Origin: Nostoc sp. DedSLP01
GTDB taxonomy: Bacteria; Cyanobacteriota; Cyanobacteriia; Cyanobacteriales; Nostocaceae
Direction: 5' to 3'
Assembly: GCA_034530875.2 (NCBI GenBank)
Contig: JAVRCJ020000012.1
Location: 1-64,000 of the forward strand
DNA length: 64,000 nucleotides
In this document: positions 56,001 to 64,000 of the stretch, piece after piece
Layout of the letters: each line of letters begins with the position of its first letter
How positions within the stretch are numbered: the first letter of the stretch is position 1
Made by a program: the position numbers and the translations under genes
Notes under the pieces: generated by a model
Seen by the model: only the letters and a program-made list of their open reading frames with translations
The model's database searches: none
Told to the model about the DNA's origin: nothing

Positions 56001-56790
56001 AGATGATAGCCGTTTACAACAAGTAGTGTGGAATCTGCTGACTAATGCAGTGAAGTTCACACCATCGGGAGGACAGGTTAAAGTCTGTCTGCAAGTCGCA
56101 GGTACAGATGCGCTGCTCCTGGTTAAAGATACGGGTATTGGGATTAAGGCTGAGGTATTACCGTACATCTTTGACCGCTTCCGTCAAGCCGATGCAAGTA
56201 CGACTCGAACTTATGGAGGGCTGGGTTTGGGGCTGGCAATTGTTCGGCATTTAGTAGAAATGCATCATGGAACGGTACAGGCCGAAAGTGCAGGGCTGGG
56301 GCAAGGCTCGACCTTTAGCGTGCGGTTGCCTTTGATAAATCGCCCAAACATTTCTCCTGGTACAGAATCAATGTCTGCAAAGGCTAACGAGGGAGTTTTA
56401 CTCAACGGTTTACAAGTTTTAGTAGTCGATGATGAAGCTGATGGGCGCGACCTTGTGAGTTTTATCTTGCAGCAACATGGTGCTTTAGTAACGGAGGCAG
56501 TATCGGCAGCCCAAGCATGGAGAGTGTTAGAAAAAGGAATACCACACATACTGATTTCAGATTTGGGAATGCCAGACGAAGACGGTTACAGCCTGATTCG
56601 TCAAATTAGGGCATTACCACAAGATAAAGGAGGAAGAATTCCAGCGATCGCTCTTTCTGCTTATGCTAAGGAAGAAGACCGCAGGCGAGCGCTACTTACC
56701 GGCTTTCAAATGTACTTAACCAAACCATTCGATCCAGATGAATTATTAATTATGGTTGCAAGTTTGGCTGGTATATTTCAGCAGAGTTAA
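53095..56790 (+). CDS. Hybrid histidine kinase (PAS-GAF-HK-REC-HK-REC) with N-terminal ParD-like RHH domain
   Basis: Two H-boxes (SHEFRTPL, SHEIRTPL), two REC domains; N-terminal NVSLTP...SGKYKSSSEVVRQALRLL; AAGGAG RBS. Confidence 0.88.
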   Translation: MNRQRTTLNVSLTPDFNDFITSLLGSGKYKSSSEVVRQALRLLQEEISTSKPEQQISSHQEYVIEDKQLDPFPGSGEMRERIRNFDWANTSVGCIETWPQSLKSTIRTLLGSRYPMILLWGQDLIQIYNDAYTSLIGAKHPLALGRSIRETQSESWNVIGPMITEVMTTGVPNWVEDQMLMVNRANYNEEAHFSLSYSAVEDDEGVIKGMLCVCSEVTQQVLGERRLRLQRDLAAKASDTRSVDITCKDILSAIAEYPLDVPFALLYLGESDCKTVRLFGSVGVKESDRIAPNTVLVEEFTDIWPFAQAMAGQTVLVENLNEYINIGGGPWGEIVHRALVLPIPSSNITAPLGVLIAGISPNRALDEAYKSFYELLAGQVSVSLRNAGAYEEERKKAEALAELDRAKTAFFNNVSHEFRTPLTLMLGPLEDFLSKENGSLTTEERRQLQLVHRNSLRLLKLVNTLLDFSRIEASRIQAVYEPTDLAVFTSELASVFRSAIEKAGLRLVVDCPPLPQPVYVDREMWEKIVLNLLSNAFKFTFAGEITVTLRWYAQRVEMEVRDTGTGIPAAELPRLFDRFYRVQGSRGRTYEGSGIGLSLVQDLVRLHGGEVRVSSQVNQGSSFIVVLPTGTAHLPADRIGASRNLPSTASGAAAFVEEAWRWLPEESVGSVGGEGSVGGKISSPSSHTPHTSHTSHPSHTLHTPHSSPARILLADDNADMRDYLKHLLQPYYEIEAVTDGLAALAAVRRQIPDLVLSDIMMPGMDGLQLLHELRADSTTKEIPIILLSARAGEESRVEGLEMGADDYLIKPFSARELLARVRANLELSQLRKDALAQRAEWIREQAARVEAEAANRMKDEFLQVLSHEIRTPLNGMLGWVKLLSQGKLDSATTVRALQTIERNAKAQAKLVDDLLDVSRIIRGQLRLEKRPVSLISVIAEAIETVRPQAEAKDITIESVLDQNASCVSGDDSRLQQVVWNLLTNAVKFTPSGGQVKVCLQVAGTDALLLVKDTGIGIKAEVLPYIFDRFRQADASTTRTYGGLGLGLAIVRHLVEMHHGTVQAESAGLGQGSTFSVRLPLINRPNISPGTESMSAKANEGVLLNGLQVLVVDDEADGRDLVSFILQQHGALVTEAVSAAQAWRVLEKGIPHILISDLGMPDEDGYSLIRQIRALPQDKGGRIPAIALSAYAKEEDRRRALLTGFQMYLTKPFDPDELLIMVASLAGIFQQS
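55095..55218. repeat. In-frame 9-bp repeat tracts forming an inverted pair
   Basis: GTGTGGGGA-like units followed by CCCCACAC(C/T)-like units, encoding SVG and HTP linkers. Confidence 0.75.
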
Positions 56791-56952
56791 TCTGTTAATT
56801 CCTCATACCTAAGTTAGATTTTCAATAGAAAGACTAAAAGGTTCAAGTGCGATAAATAAACTCCTAACCTCCTGCCTCCTGCCCTCTGCCTCCTACCTTC
56901 TTTGGTAAGTAAAGGCTTTACAATATTAGCTACGACGTAGGAGCGTAAAGTA

Positions 56953-59900
56953 GTGAACCTAAAATTACCTGGATTTACCATTACTAGCTGGCTGCAAGAA
57001 GGTACAAAAACATTTACATGCCGTGCTATTAGAGATGTTGATGGTTGTCCTGTAATTGTTAAAGGGCTACGCTCAGAGCAATGTACTATTGGCAATATCG
57101 AGCAACTTAAGCATGAATATGCGATCGCCCAAAAGCTAAATCTGCCGGGAACTGTCCGTGTGCTTTCCTTAGAATTATATAGAGGAATGCCTTTTTTAAT
57201 TTTGGAAGACTTTGGCGGGCAATCTTTAGATCGGGTTTTAGACCGGTTTCAAGAAATTAGGCAGTTTCTCAAATTGGCGCTGCAAATTGTGGCAGCAATA
57301 GCTCAAATTCATCAAAATCATATTGTTCATAAAGATATTAAACCGCAAAACATTATTATTAATCTGGAAACAGAACAGGTAAAAATTGGTGATTTTGGGT
57401 TAGCAGCATTTATTCCCTATAACAGCCAGCTTGTCATTAGTTCTAATCGAATTGAAGGTAGTTTGCCTTATATTTCACCGGAACAAACCGGACGGATGAA
57501 TCGCGGGATCGATGGCCGCAGCGATTTATATTCTCTGGGAGTAACTTTTTATGAAATACTAACTGGGCAATTGCCTTTTGCTGGTAACGATCCTTTAGAG
57601 TGGATTCACTGTCATATTGCTAAAGAAGCGATCGCACCGAAAGAAATTAATCCTTATATTCCTCAGGCAGTCTCTGATATCATCATGAAGCTACTAGCAA
57701 AAGTGGCAGAAGCTAGATATCAAAGTGCGGCAGGTTTGCAGTTTGACTTAGAGCGATGCTGGCAATCTTTGGAAACAACAAGGCAAATTCAAGCATTTAA
57801 TCTTGGCGAACAAGATATCTCAGACAGGCTACAAATTCCCCAAAAACTCTACGGACGAGAGCAAGAAATCAATCAACTTCTGGGAGCATTTACTCGCGTT
57901 GTCACTCAAGGAACCCCAGAATTAATTCTTGTTTCTGGCTATTCTGGTATTGGTAAATCTTCTTTAGTCAATGAATTGCACAAACTAATTGTGCAAACAC
58001 GCAGCATTTTTCTTTCTGGTAAATTCGATCGATACAAGCGCGATATTCCTTACGCCACCATTATCCAAGGATTTCAACAATTAGTGCGGCAATTACTCAC
58101 CGAACCAGAAGATAAATTAGCAATTTGGCGACACCGCATCCAAGCATGTATCGGCAAAAATGGCAAGTTAATTACAGATGTAATCCCAGAAGTTGAGCTA
58201 ATTATCGGCCAGCAAGCGCCTGTACCGGAATTAGGCCCCGCAGAATCACAAAACCGCTTCAATTTAGTTTTTCAAAATTTTATCAGTGCCTTTGCTCAAA
58301 GCGAACATCCCCTAGCGATTTTTTTGGATGATATGCAATGGGCAGATAGTGCTACTTTAAATTTAATCGAAGCGATCGCCACTGGCTCAAATATTCAATA
58401 TTTGTGCTTTTTGCTTGCCTATCGGGATAACGAAGTCGATGCTTTCCATCCCTTCGGTCTGATGTTACAAAAACTGCATCAGCAAGGCATTCAAGCAACA
58501 GAAATTGTTTTGTCGCCACTGGCTCTAAGATATGTGAATGAATTGATTTCAGATACCCTCAGGTGTTCGTTATTCAAATCACAACCATTAGCACAGCTTG
58601 TTTTTGACAAAACTGCTGGAAATCCTTTTTTTGTCAATGAATTTCTCAAAACTTTGTATCAAGAAAATCTATTAAGTTTTGACTATTCCCAGAGAGCTTG
58701 GCAATGGGATTTAAAGCAAATAGAAGCGCAAGATATCACTGATAATGTAGTGAACCTGACGATTAAATGCTTGCAAAAACTACCATCAGTCACTCAAAAA
58801 GTACTCCAATTAGCATCTTGTATAGGCAATCACTTTGATTTAGAAAATTTAGCGATCGTTGCCGAAGAATCAGAAGCAAGTATTATAGATACTCTCAAAG
58901 AAGCAGTTTTGAGAGGTTTAATTGTCGCAATTGAGCAACCTCCAGAAACTCCAAAACATTATTACTTTGTTCACGATCGCATTCAACAAGCAGCCTACGC
59001 TTTGATTCCAAACGAGCAAAAACAAATTGTTCATTTGCAAATTGGTAGATTGCTGTTAAAAAATTTCAGTTCCCAGCAACTGCAAGAAGAACTATTTGAT
59101 GTTTTAAATCAATTGAATTTGGGGCGCGATGAAATTACAGAACAAAGCGAAAAAGACGAACTGGTACGATTAAATTTATTGGCAGGGAAACGAGCAAAAG
59201 CATCTACAGCTTACGCTCCTGCTTTAAAATATTTTCAGACAGCAGCTATTTTGTTATCATCGGATGCGTGGCATAAACAATATTGTCAAACTTTTGATTT
59301 GTTTATAGAACTCGCTGAATGCCAATATTTAACAGGAAATTTAGACTCAGCCGAAGTTTTATTTAAATTGTTACTTAATAAAGCTAGATCCAATTTGGAT
59401 AAAGCAAATATTTACATGCTGCAAGTCAGACTCTACCAAGTTGCAAGTAGATTTGCTCAGGCTTTTGAGGTGGGTTTAGAAGCGTTGAAATTATTTAACA
59501 TCGTGCTTCCTAAATCCGATGAAGAGGTAGAAGCAGCCATTGCGACTGAACGCAATCGGACAAAGATAAATTTAGGCGATCGCCAAATTGCCGATATAAT
59601 AAATGCGCCAATAATTCAAGACCCGTTCCTCAAGGTTCCCATTAGCTTGCTGACATCATTGGGGCCGCCGGCTTATTTAAGCAAGCCGAATCTTTTTCCC
59701 CTAATTGTCCTCAAAGCCCTCAATCATTCCCTACAGTTTGGTAATACAGAAGAATCCTGTTTTGCCTACAGTATGTATTCCATGCTGTTAGTGTCTATTT
59801 TTCGGGATATTCCAGGCGGTTATGCCTTTTCTGAGATGACAATTCGCTTGAATCAAAAATTAAACGATCCTAAATATAAAGGAACAGTTTTACATATTCA

Positions 59901-62900
59901 TGGCAGTCATATCAACGTTTGGTGTAATCATATAGCGACAGATTTACCATTTTTAGAACAAGGGTTTCTCGGTTGCATCGAAGCCGGAGATATCACAATG
60001 GCAAATTATAATGGTTTCCAAGGTTCCTGGCAGATGATTGAAGCCATTTTTCCCCTCACAGAAGCGTATCAAGCAACTCAAAAATATACTAGCTTTGCCC
60101 AACAGTCTAAACATCAAGCTGCCTATCAAACAATTCGCTTACAACAACAATTTATTCAAAATTTGCGGGGGCTAACTGATAATTATCGTACTTTAAATGA
60201 TGCTCATTTTGATGAATATTGGTCGGTAGAAATTATTGCCAATGCAGGATTTACGAGTGGAATTGTTTTTTATCATATTATTAAATTAATTATATTTTTT
60301 ACTTATGAATGCTATTTAGAGGCTTTTGATTCTGCATTAGCAGCACATAAGGTTTTAGGAGCAATACTATCATTACCAATTGAAGCAAATTATTTATTAC
60401 ATCATTCTCTGGTTTTGGCAGCACTTTATCCAAATCAATCGAGCCAAACCAAAGCGGAATTTTTAGCAACTCTACAGCAGCATCAACAGCAACTTCAATA
60501 TTGGGCAGAACATTGTGCCGCTAACTTTTTGCATAAATCATTATTAGTAGCAGCAGAAATTGCCAGAATTGAAGGGCGCGACTGGGAAGCAATGCGCCTA
60601 TACGAACAGTCAATAAATTCAGCCCGCGAACATCAGTTCGTGCAATATGAAGCATTATCCCACGAACTAGCAGCCAAGTTTTATTTAAGTAGAGATTTTG
60701 AAGCGATCGCCAAAACTTATTTACAAGAAGCCAAAAATTGTTATTTACGCTGGGGCGCAACCAGAAAAGCACGCCAGCTTGAAGAAAAATACTATAACTT
60801 GTTACCTGTTGAACAGCCAACAGTAAGTAAAAATAATTTCTCTTCTTCTAATGCAACATTTATCAGTAGCGGCGTCCAACTCGATATATTATCGGTGGTG
60901 AAAGCATCACAAACAATCTCCAGCGAAATTATTTTACCCGATTTATTGAAGACCTTAATGCAGATTGTCATCGAACAAGCTGGAGCCGAAATAGGCTATT
61001 TATTACTAAAACGTAATGGAAATTTAGTCATTGAAGTTGAAGCAAAAGCCAATCAAAAAACCGAACAACTCAGTATTAATCATTTTACTGCTAGCGTCCA
61101 AAGTTCTAAATTTGTTCCTCAATTGATTTTGAATTACGTCCAGCGGACGCAAGAAGTTGTGATTTTAGATAATGCTGCTAAACCAAACTTATTTTCCGAA
61201 GATGAGTATTTAATTCAAAATCAGCCCAAATCAATTTTGTGTTTACCTATTACTTATCAATCGAATTTAATTGGGATTTTATATCTCGAAAACAATTTAT
61301 TTACTAAAGCATTTACCCAAACCCAGCTTTCTGCTTTAGAAATTTTATCGACACAAATTGGTATCTCTTTAGAAAATGCTCGTCTTTATCAGGAACTTGC
61401 CGAAAGCCAAGAACAACTCAATTTGGCATTGCAAGCCGGACAAATTGGAATTTGGAGTTGGGATATTCTCAACGATCGCGTTGAGTGGGACGAGCAAATG
61501 TATCAGTTATTTGGAGTTTCTCCTGAGAGTTTCGATTGCACTTTAGAAGCTGTAGTTGCCTGTTTGCACCCAGACGATCGCGATTATTTCCAGCAACGCT
61601 TAAATCAAACTCTCACTCAAGGAGTAGAACACAATATAGAATATCGTGTCATCTTAAATAACGGCAATATTCGTCATATTGCAGCTCGCGGACGACTCTT
61701 TTTTAATGACGCACGCCAGCCAATTCGGATGCGGGGGATTGTCCTAGATATTACAGAGCGCCAACTCGCAGAACAACGGCAATTACAGTTAGTGCGGGAA
61801 CAGACTGCACGCGCCGAAGCCGAAGCCGCTAACCGCATAAAAGATGAATTTTTAGCGGTACTGTCTCACGAATTGCGATCGCCCCTGAATCCGATTTTGG
61901 GTTGGTCAAAGCTACTGCAAAGAGGTAAACTCAATCCTGCCAAGACTGCTGAAGCTTTAGCAACAATTGAACGCAACGCCAAACTGCAATCCGAACTCAT
62001 TGAAGACTTGCTAGATGTTTCTCGGATTTTGCAAGGAAAACTCAGTCTTAATATTGCGCCAGTTAATTTGGTTGCAACCATACAAGCAGCCAAAGAAACG
62101 GTACGTTTAGCAGCCGAAGCCAAATCAATTGAGATTATAACTAACCTCGATTCTCAAGCAGCACAAGTGTTAGGAGATGCAAATCGTCTACAGCAGGTAG
62201 TTTGGAATTTGCTCTCCAATGCAGTTAAATTTACTCCCATTGGCGGCCGCGTTGAGGTGCGATTAGAGCAGGTGGACTGGGAACCGGGAAAAATCAAAGA
62301 ATCGAAGACTCAAAAATCCATCGCTGCATCGCCTCATTTTTCAATCTCTGCTTCATCACTCACCTACGCTCAAATTACGGTGGCTGATAACGGCAAGGGT
62401 ATTGAGCCAGATTTTTTACCTCATGTGTTTGAGTATTTCCGCCAAGCAGACAGTGCAACTACGCGCAAATTTGGCGGACTAGGATTAGGGTTAGCAATCG
62501 TACATCATTTAGTTGAACTGCACGGAGGCACTATTTGGGCAGAGAGCGAGGGTGAAGGAATGGGAGCAACCTTTAGAGTTAGGCTACCGATGAGAGCTGC
62601 ACCCGCAACTAAATCCGATACCGAAATCTCTGAATCATCATTGAATTTAGAGGGAATTGAAATTCTTCTGATTGATGATGATAATGATACTCGCGAGTTT
62701 GTTGCCTTTGTCTTAGAACAAGCGGGAGCTAAAGTTATAGCTACCTCCTGCGCTACCGAAGCACTAACTGCATTAACTCAATCCCTACCAGATGTATTAG
62801 TGAGTGATATCGGAATGCCGGAAATAGACGGTTATATGTTGATTCGGCAAATCAGAGCTTTACCTCCCGAACAAGGAGGAGAAATTCCCGCGATCGCTCT

Positions 62901-63024
62901 TACCGCTTACGCTGGAGACATGAATCAACAGCAAGCCTTAGCCGCAGGATTCGAGCAGCACCTTTCCAAACCTATAGATCCTGAAAAGTTGATCTCGGCG
63001 ATTGTTAATTTAGTTCGGATCTGA
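56953..63024 (+). CDS. Ser/Thr kinase-AAA-GAF-PAS-histidine kinase-REC (HstK-like)
   Basis: HKDIKPQN/DFG, GYSGIGKS, LDDMQWAD, GNPFF, SHELRSPL, REC domain. Confidence 0.93.
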   Translation: MNLKLPGFTITSWLQEGTKTFTCRAIRDVDGCPVIVKGLRSEQCTIGNIEQLKHEYAIAQKLNLPGTVRVLSLELYRGMPFLILEDFGGQSLDRVLDRFQEIRQFLKLALQIVAAIAQIHQNHIVHKDIKPQNIIINLETEQVKIGDFGLAAFIPYNSQLVISSNRIEGSLPYISPEQTGRMNRGIDGRSDLYSLGVTFYEILTGQLPFAGNDPLEWIHCHIAKEAIAPKEINPYIPQAVSDIIMKLLAKVAEARYQSAAGLQFDLERCWQSLETTRQIQAFNLGEQDISDRLQIPQKLYGREQEINQLLGAFTRVVTQGTPELILVSGYSGIGKSSLVNELHKLIVQTRSIFLSGKFDRYKRDIPYATIIQGFQQLVRQLLTEPEDKLAIWRHRIQACIGKNGKLITDVIPEVELIIGQQAPVPELGPAESQNRFNLVFQNFISAFAQSEHPLAIFLDDMQWADSATLNLIEAIATGSNIQYLCFLLAYRDNEVDAFHPFGLMLQKLHQQGIQATEIVLSPLALRYVNELISDTLRCSLFKSQPLAQLVFDKTAGNPFFVNEFLKTLYQENLLSFDYSQRAWQWDLKQIEAQDITDNVVNLTIKCLQKLPSVTQKVLQLASCIGNHFDLENLAIVAEESEASIIDTLKEAVLRGLIVAIEQPPETPKHYYFVHDRIQQAAYALIPNEQKQIVHLQIGRLLLKNFSSQQLQEELFDVLNQLNLGRDEITEQSEKDELVRLNLLAGKRAKASTAYAPALKYFQTAAILLSSDAWHKQYCQTFDLFIELAECQYLTGNLDSAEVLFKLLLNKARSNLDKANIYMLQVRLYQVASRFAQAFEVGLEALKLFNIVLPKSDEEVEAAIATERNRTKINLGDRQIADIINAPIIQDPFLKVPISLLTSLGPPAYLSKPNLFPLIVLKALNHSLQFGNTEESCFAYSMYSMLLVSIFRDIPGGYAFSEMTIRLNQKLNDPKYKGTVLHIHGSHINVWCNHIATDLPFLEQGFLGCIEAGDITMANYNGFQGSWQMIEAIFPLTEAYQATQKYTSFAQQSKHQAAYQTIRLQQQFIQNLRGLTDNYRTLNDAHFDEYWSVEIIANAGFTSGIVFYHIIKLIIFFTYECYLEAFDSALAAHKVLGAILSLPIEANYLLHHSLVLAALYPNQSSQTKAEFLATLQQHQQQLQYWAEHCAANFLHKSLLVAAEIARIEGRDWEAMRLYEQSINSAREHQFVQYEALSHELAAKFYLSRDFEAIAKTYLQEAKNCYLRWGATRKARQLEEKYYNLLPVEQPTVSKNNFSSSNATFISSGVQLDILSVVKASQTISSEIILPDLLKTLMQIVIEQAGAEIGYLLLKRNGNLVIEVEAKANQKTEQLSINHFTASVQSSKFVPQLILNYVQRTQEVVILDNAAKPNLFSEDEYLIQNQPKSILCLPITYQSNLIGILYLENNLFTKAFTQTQLSALEILSTQIGISLENARLYQELAESQEQLNLALQAGQIGIWSWDILNDRVEWDEQMYQLFGVSPESFDCTLEAVVACLHPDDRDYFQQRLNQTLTQGVEHNIEYRVILNNGNIRHIAARGRLFFNDARQPIRMRGIVLDITERQLAEQRQLQLVREQTARAEAEAANRIKDEFLAVLSHELRSPLNPILGWSKLLQRGKLNPAKTAEALATIERNAKLQSELIEDLLDVSRILQGKLSLNIAPVNLVATIQAAKETVRLAAEAKSIEIITNLDSQAAQVLGDANRLQQVVWNLLSNAVKFTPIGGRVEVRLEQVDWEPGKIKESKTQKSIAASPHFSISASSLTYAQITVADNGKGIEPDFLPHVFEYFRQADSATTRKFGGLGLGLAIVHHLVELHGGTIWAESEGEGMGATFRVRLPMRAAPATKSDTEISESSLNLEGIEILLIDDDNDTREFVAFVLEQAGAKVIATSCATEALTALTQSLPDVLVSDIGMPEIDGYMLIRQIRALPPEQGGEIPAIALTAYAGDMNQQQALAAGFEQHLSKPIDPEKLISAIVNLVRI

Positions 63025-63747
63025 ATGCTCTTCACCAGCCGTTGTGTAGATTGATACCGTTAATAAAATAAATTCCATTATAGCGGTTCTCAATTGGGTA
63101 AAATACGCCGATTCGTAGGGGCTTTACAGCTGTCATACGTGTCAACTTAACGCAAAACGGGCGGTTTCTAACCGCAGGGTAGCAAGTGGCGCGCGAATTC
63201 TATTCGCCACGGCTTAAGTTAACTTAGACCAAGATAACTATTTTGGAAAAATTTTTTCAAAAAGTGCTTTAACTGCTCGACAAATTTGCACAATTTAGGT
63301 TATAACCCAGCAGTTAAAACTATATTCATTGGCCTATTACTTAATTTACATAATGATACTAAATATCCTTTTTGACCGTTATCTAATCAGTAGCAAGCGG
63401 ACTAGATAAATTTGTCAAATATTGACAGAAGTTTATCGTCATGAGCGTTGGAATGATTGGTACATTTACCTATCGGCTAACAATACACAAATGTAATTAA
63501 AGTAAGTTAGCTCTGTTATTAGAGTTGTAATTTCCAAAAATCTTAGGCGCGTAAAAACTCGGATCTTTTACAAAAAACTTCTTCAATATTAATTTCAGCA
63601 GAGCATTTGGGAACAATTTATTGGATTCAGGTTTTTTCAGGTACTTAATACTTACTAAGCGCCTCAAAAAAGCAAACAAACCTGTTTTAAAACAGCCTGA
63701 GTTTCTCTAAAAGAAAATAAATTACCCAACTTGCAACATCTATAAAA

Positions 63748-64000
63748 ATGCTCAATTCTGAAATTGACAAAGACCTGCGGCATAACTTTACTGTCAATAT
63801 TATTGAGAGTGGATTTTTTGGTTTAGGGAGTGGTTTTGCTTCATTTATCACGATAATTCCTCTATTTGTCAGCACTTTCACTACTTCTGCACTACTCATC
63901 GGTTTGATCCCAGCCATTCCCCGCTTAGGCTGCCAACTACCGCAACTATTAATAGCTGATAAAATAGCTTCTCTACAGTGTTACAAACCAACTTTAATGT
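63748..64000 (+). CDS. MFS transporter, 5' part (runs off the window)
   Basis: MLNSEIDKDLRHNFTVNIIESGFFGLGSGFASFITIIPLFV...LIGLIPAI, translated by hand. Confidence 0.7.
   Translation, partial: MLNSEIDKDLRHNFTVNIIESGFFGLGSGFASFITIIPLFVSTFTTSALLIGLIPAIPRLGCQLPQLLIADKIASLQCYKPTLM

Noticed and set aside
63497..63917. Two minus-strand ORFs at the window end
   Set aside because: The longer one is antisense to a plausible plus-strand MFS gene starting at 63748; the shorter one shows no protein features.

Overview
A 64-kb chromosomal window from a heterocyst-forming cyanobacterium (Nostoc-like: frequent HIP1 GCGATCGC sites, heptamer STRR tracts, SDR/MITE repeats). Most of it is ordinary: sipA, bcp, modA, serA, prmA, an NDH-2, an aminotransferase, large hybrid kinases and an RTX protein. 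The standout is a candidate RNA-mimicry locus at about 3.97-8.5 kb plus 12.2-14.2 kb. Six unannotated structured RNAs share one covarying terminal scaffold, and each carries a different cargo: two normal tRNA bodies, a circularly permuted YrlA-like tRNA, an anticodon-like hairpin, a permuted 23S H68-H71 mimic, and a sarcin-ricin loop fused to a GTPase-associated-centre mimic. The locus also has a mini tmRNA-like tRNA(Ala) domain and a tRNA nested inside another tRNA. These RNAs are interleaved with genes for a Ro60/TROVE-like vWA protein, a divergent L7/L12, a ubiquitin-like protein and a ThiF/E1 enzyme, downstream of an rrn-type boxA and shared TGTAGTAT promoter repeats. Also present: a triplicated 40-aa Cys/Trp-rich precursor peptide with an RRE/M50-like protease and a TPR protein, a full-length group II intron in a Uma2 gene, a tandem Roc-COR protein, and a ParD-like RHH domain fused to a hybrid kinase. 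Everything was read by eye; no searches or folding programs were run, and rRNA comparisons use recalled consensus sequences.
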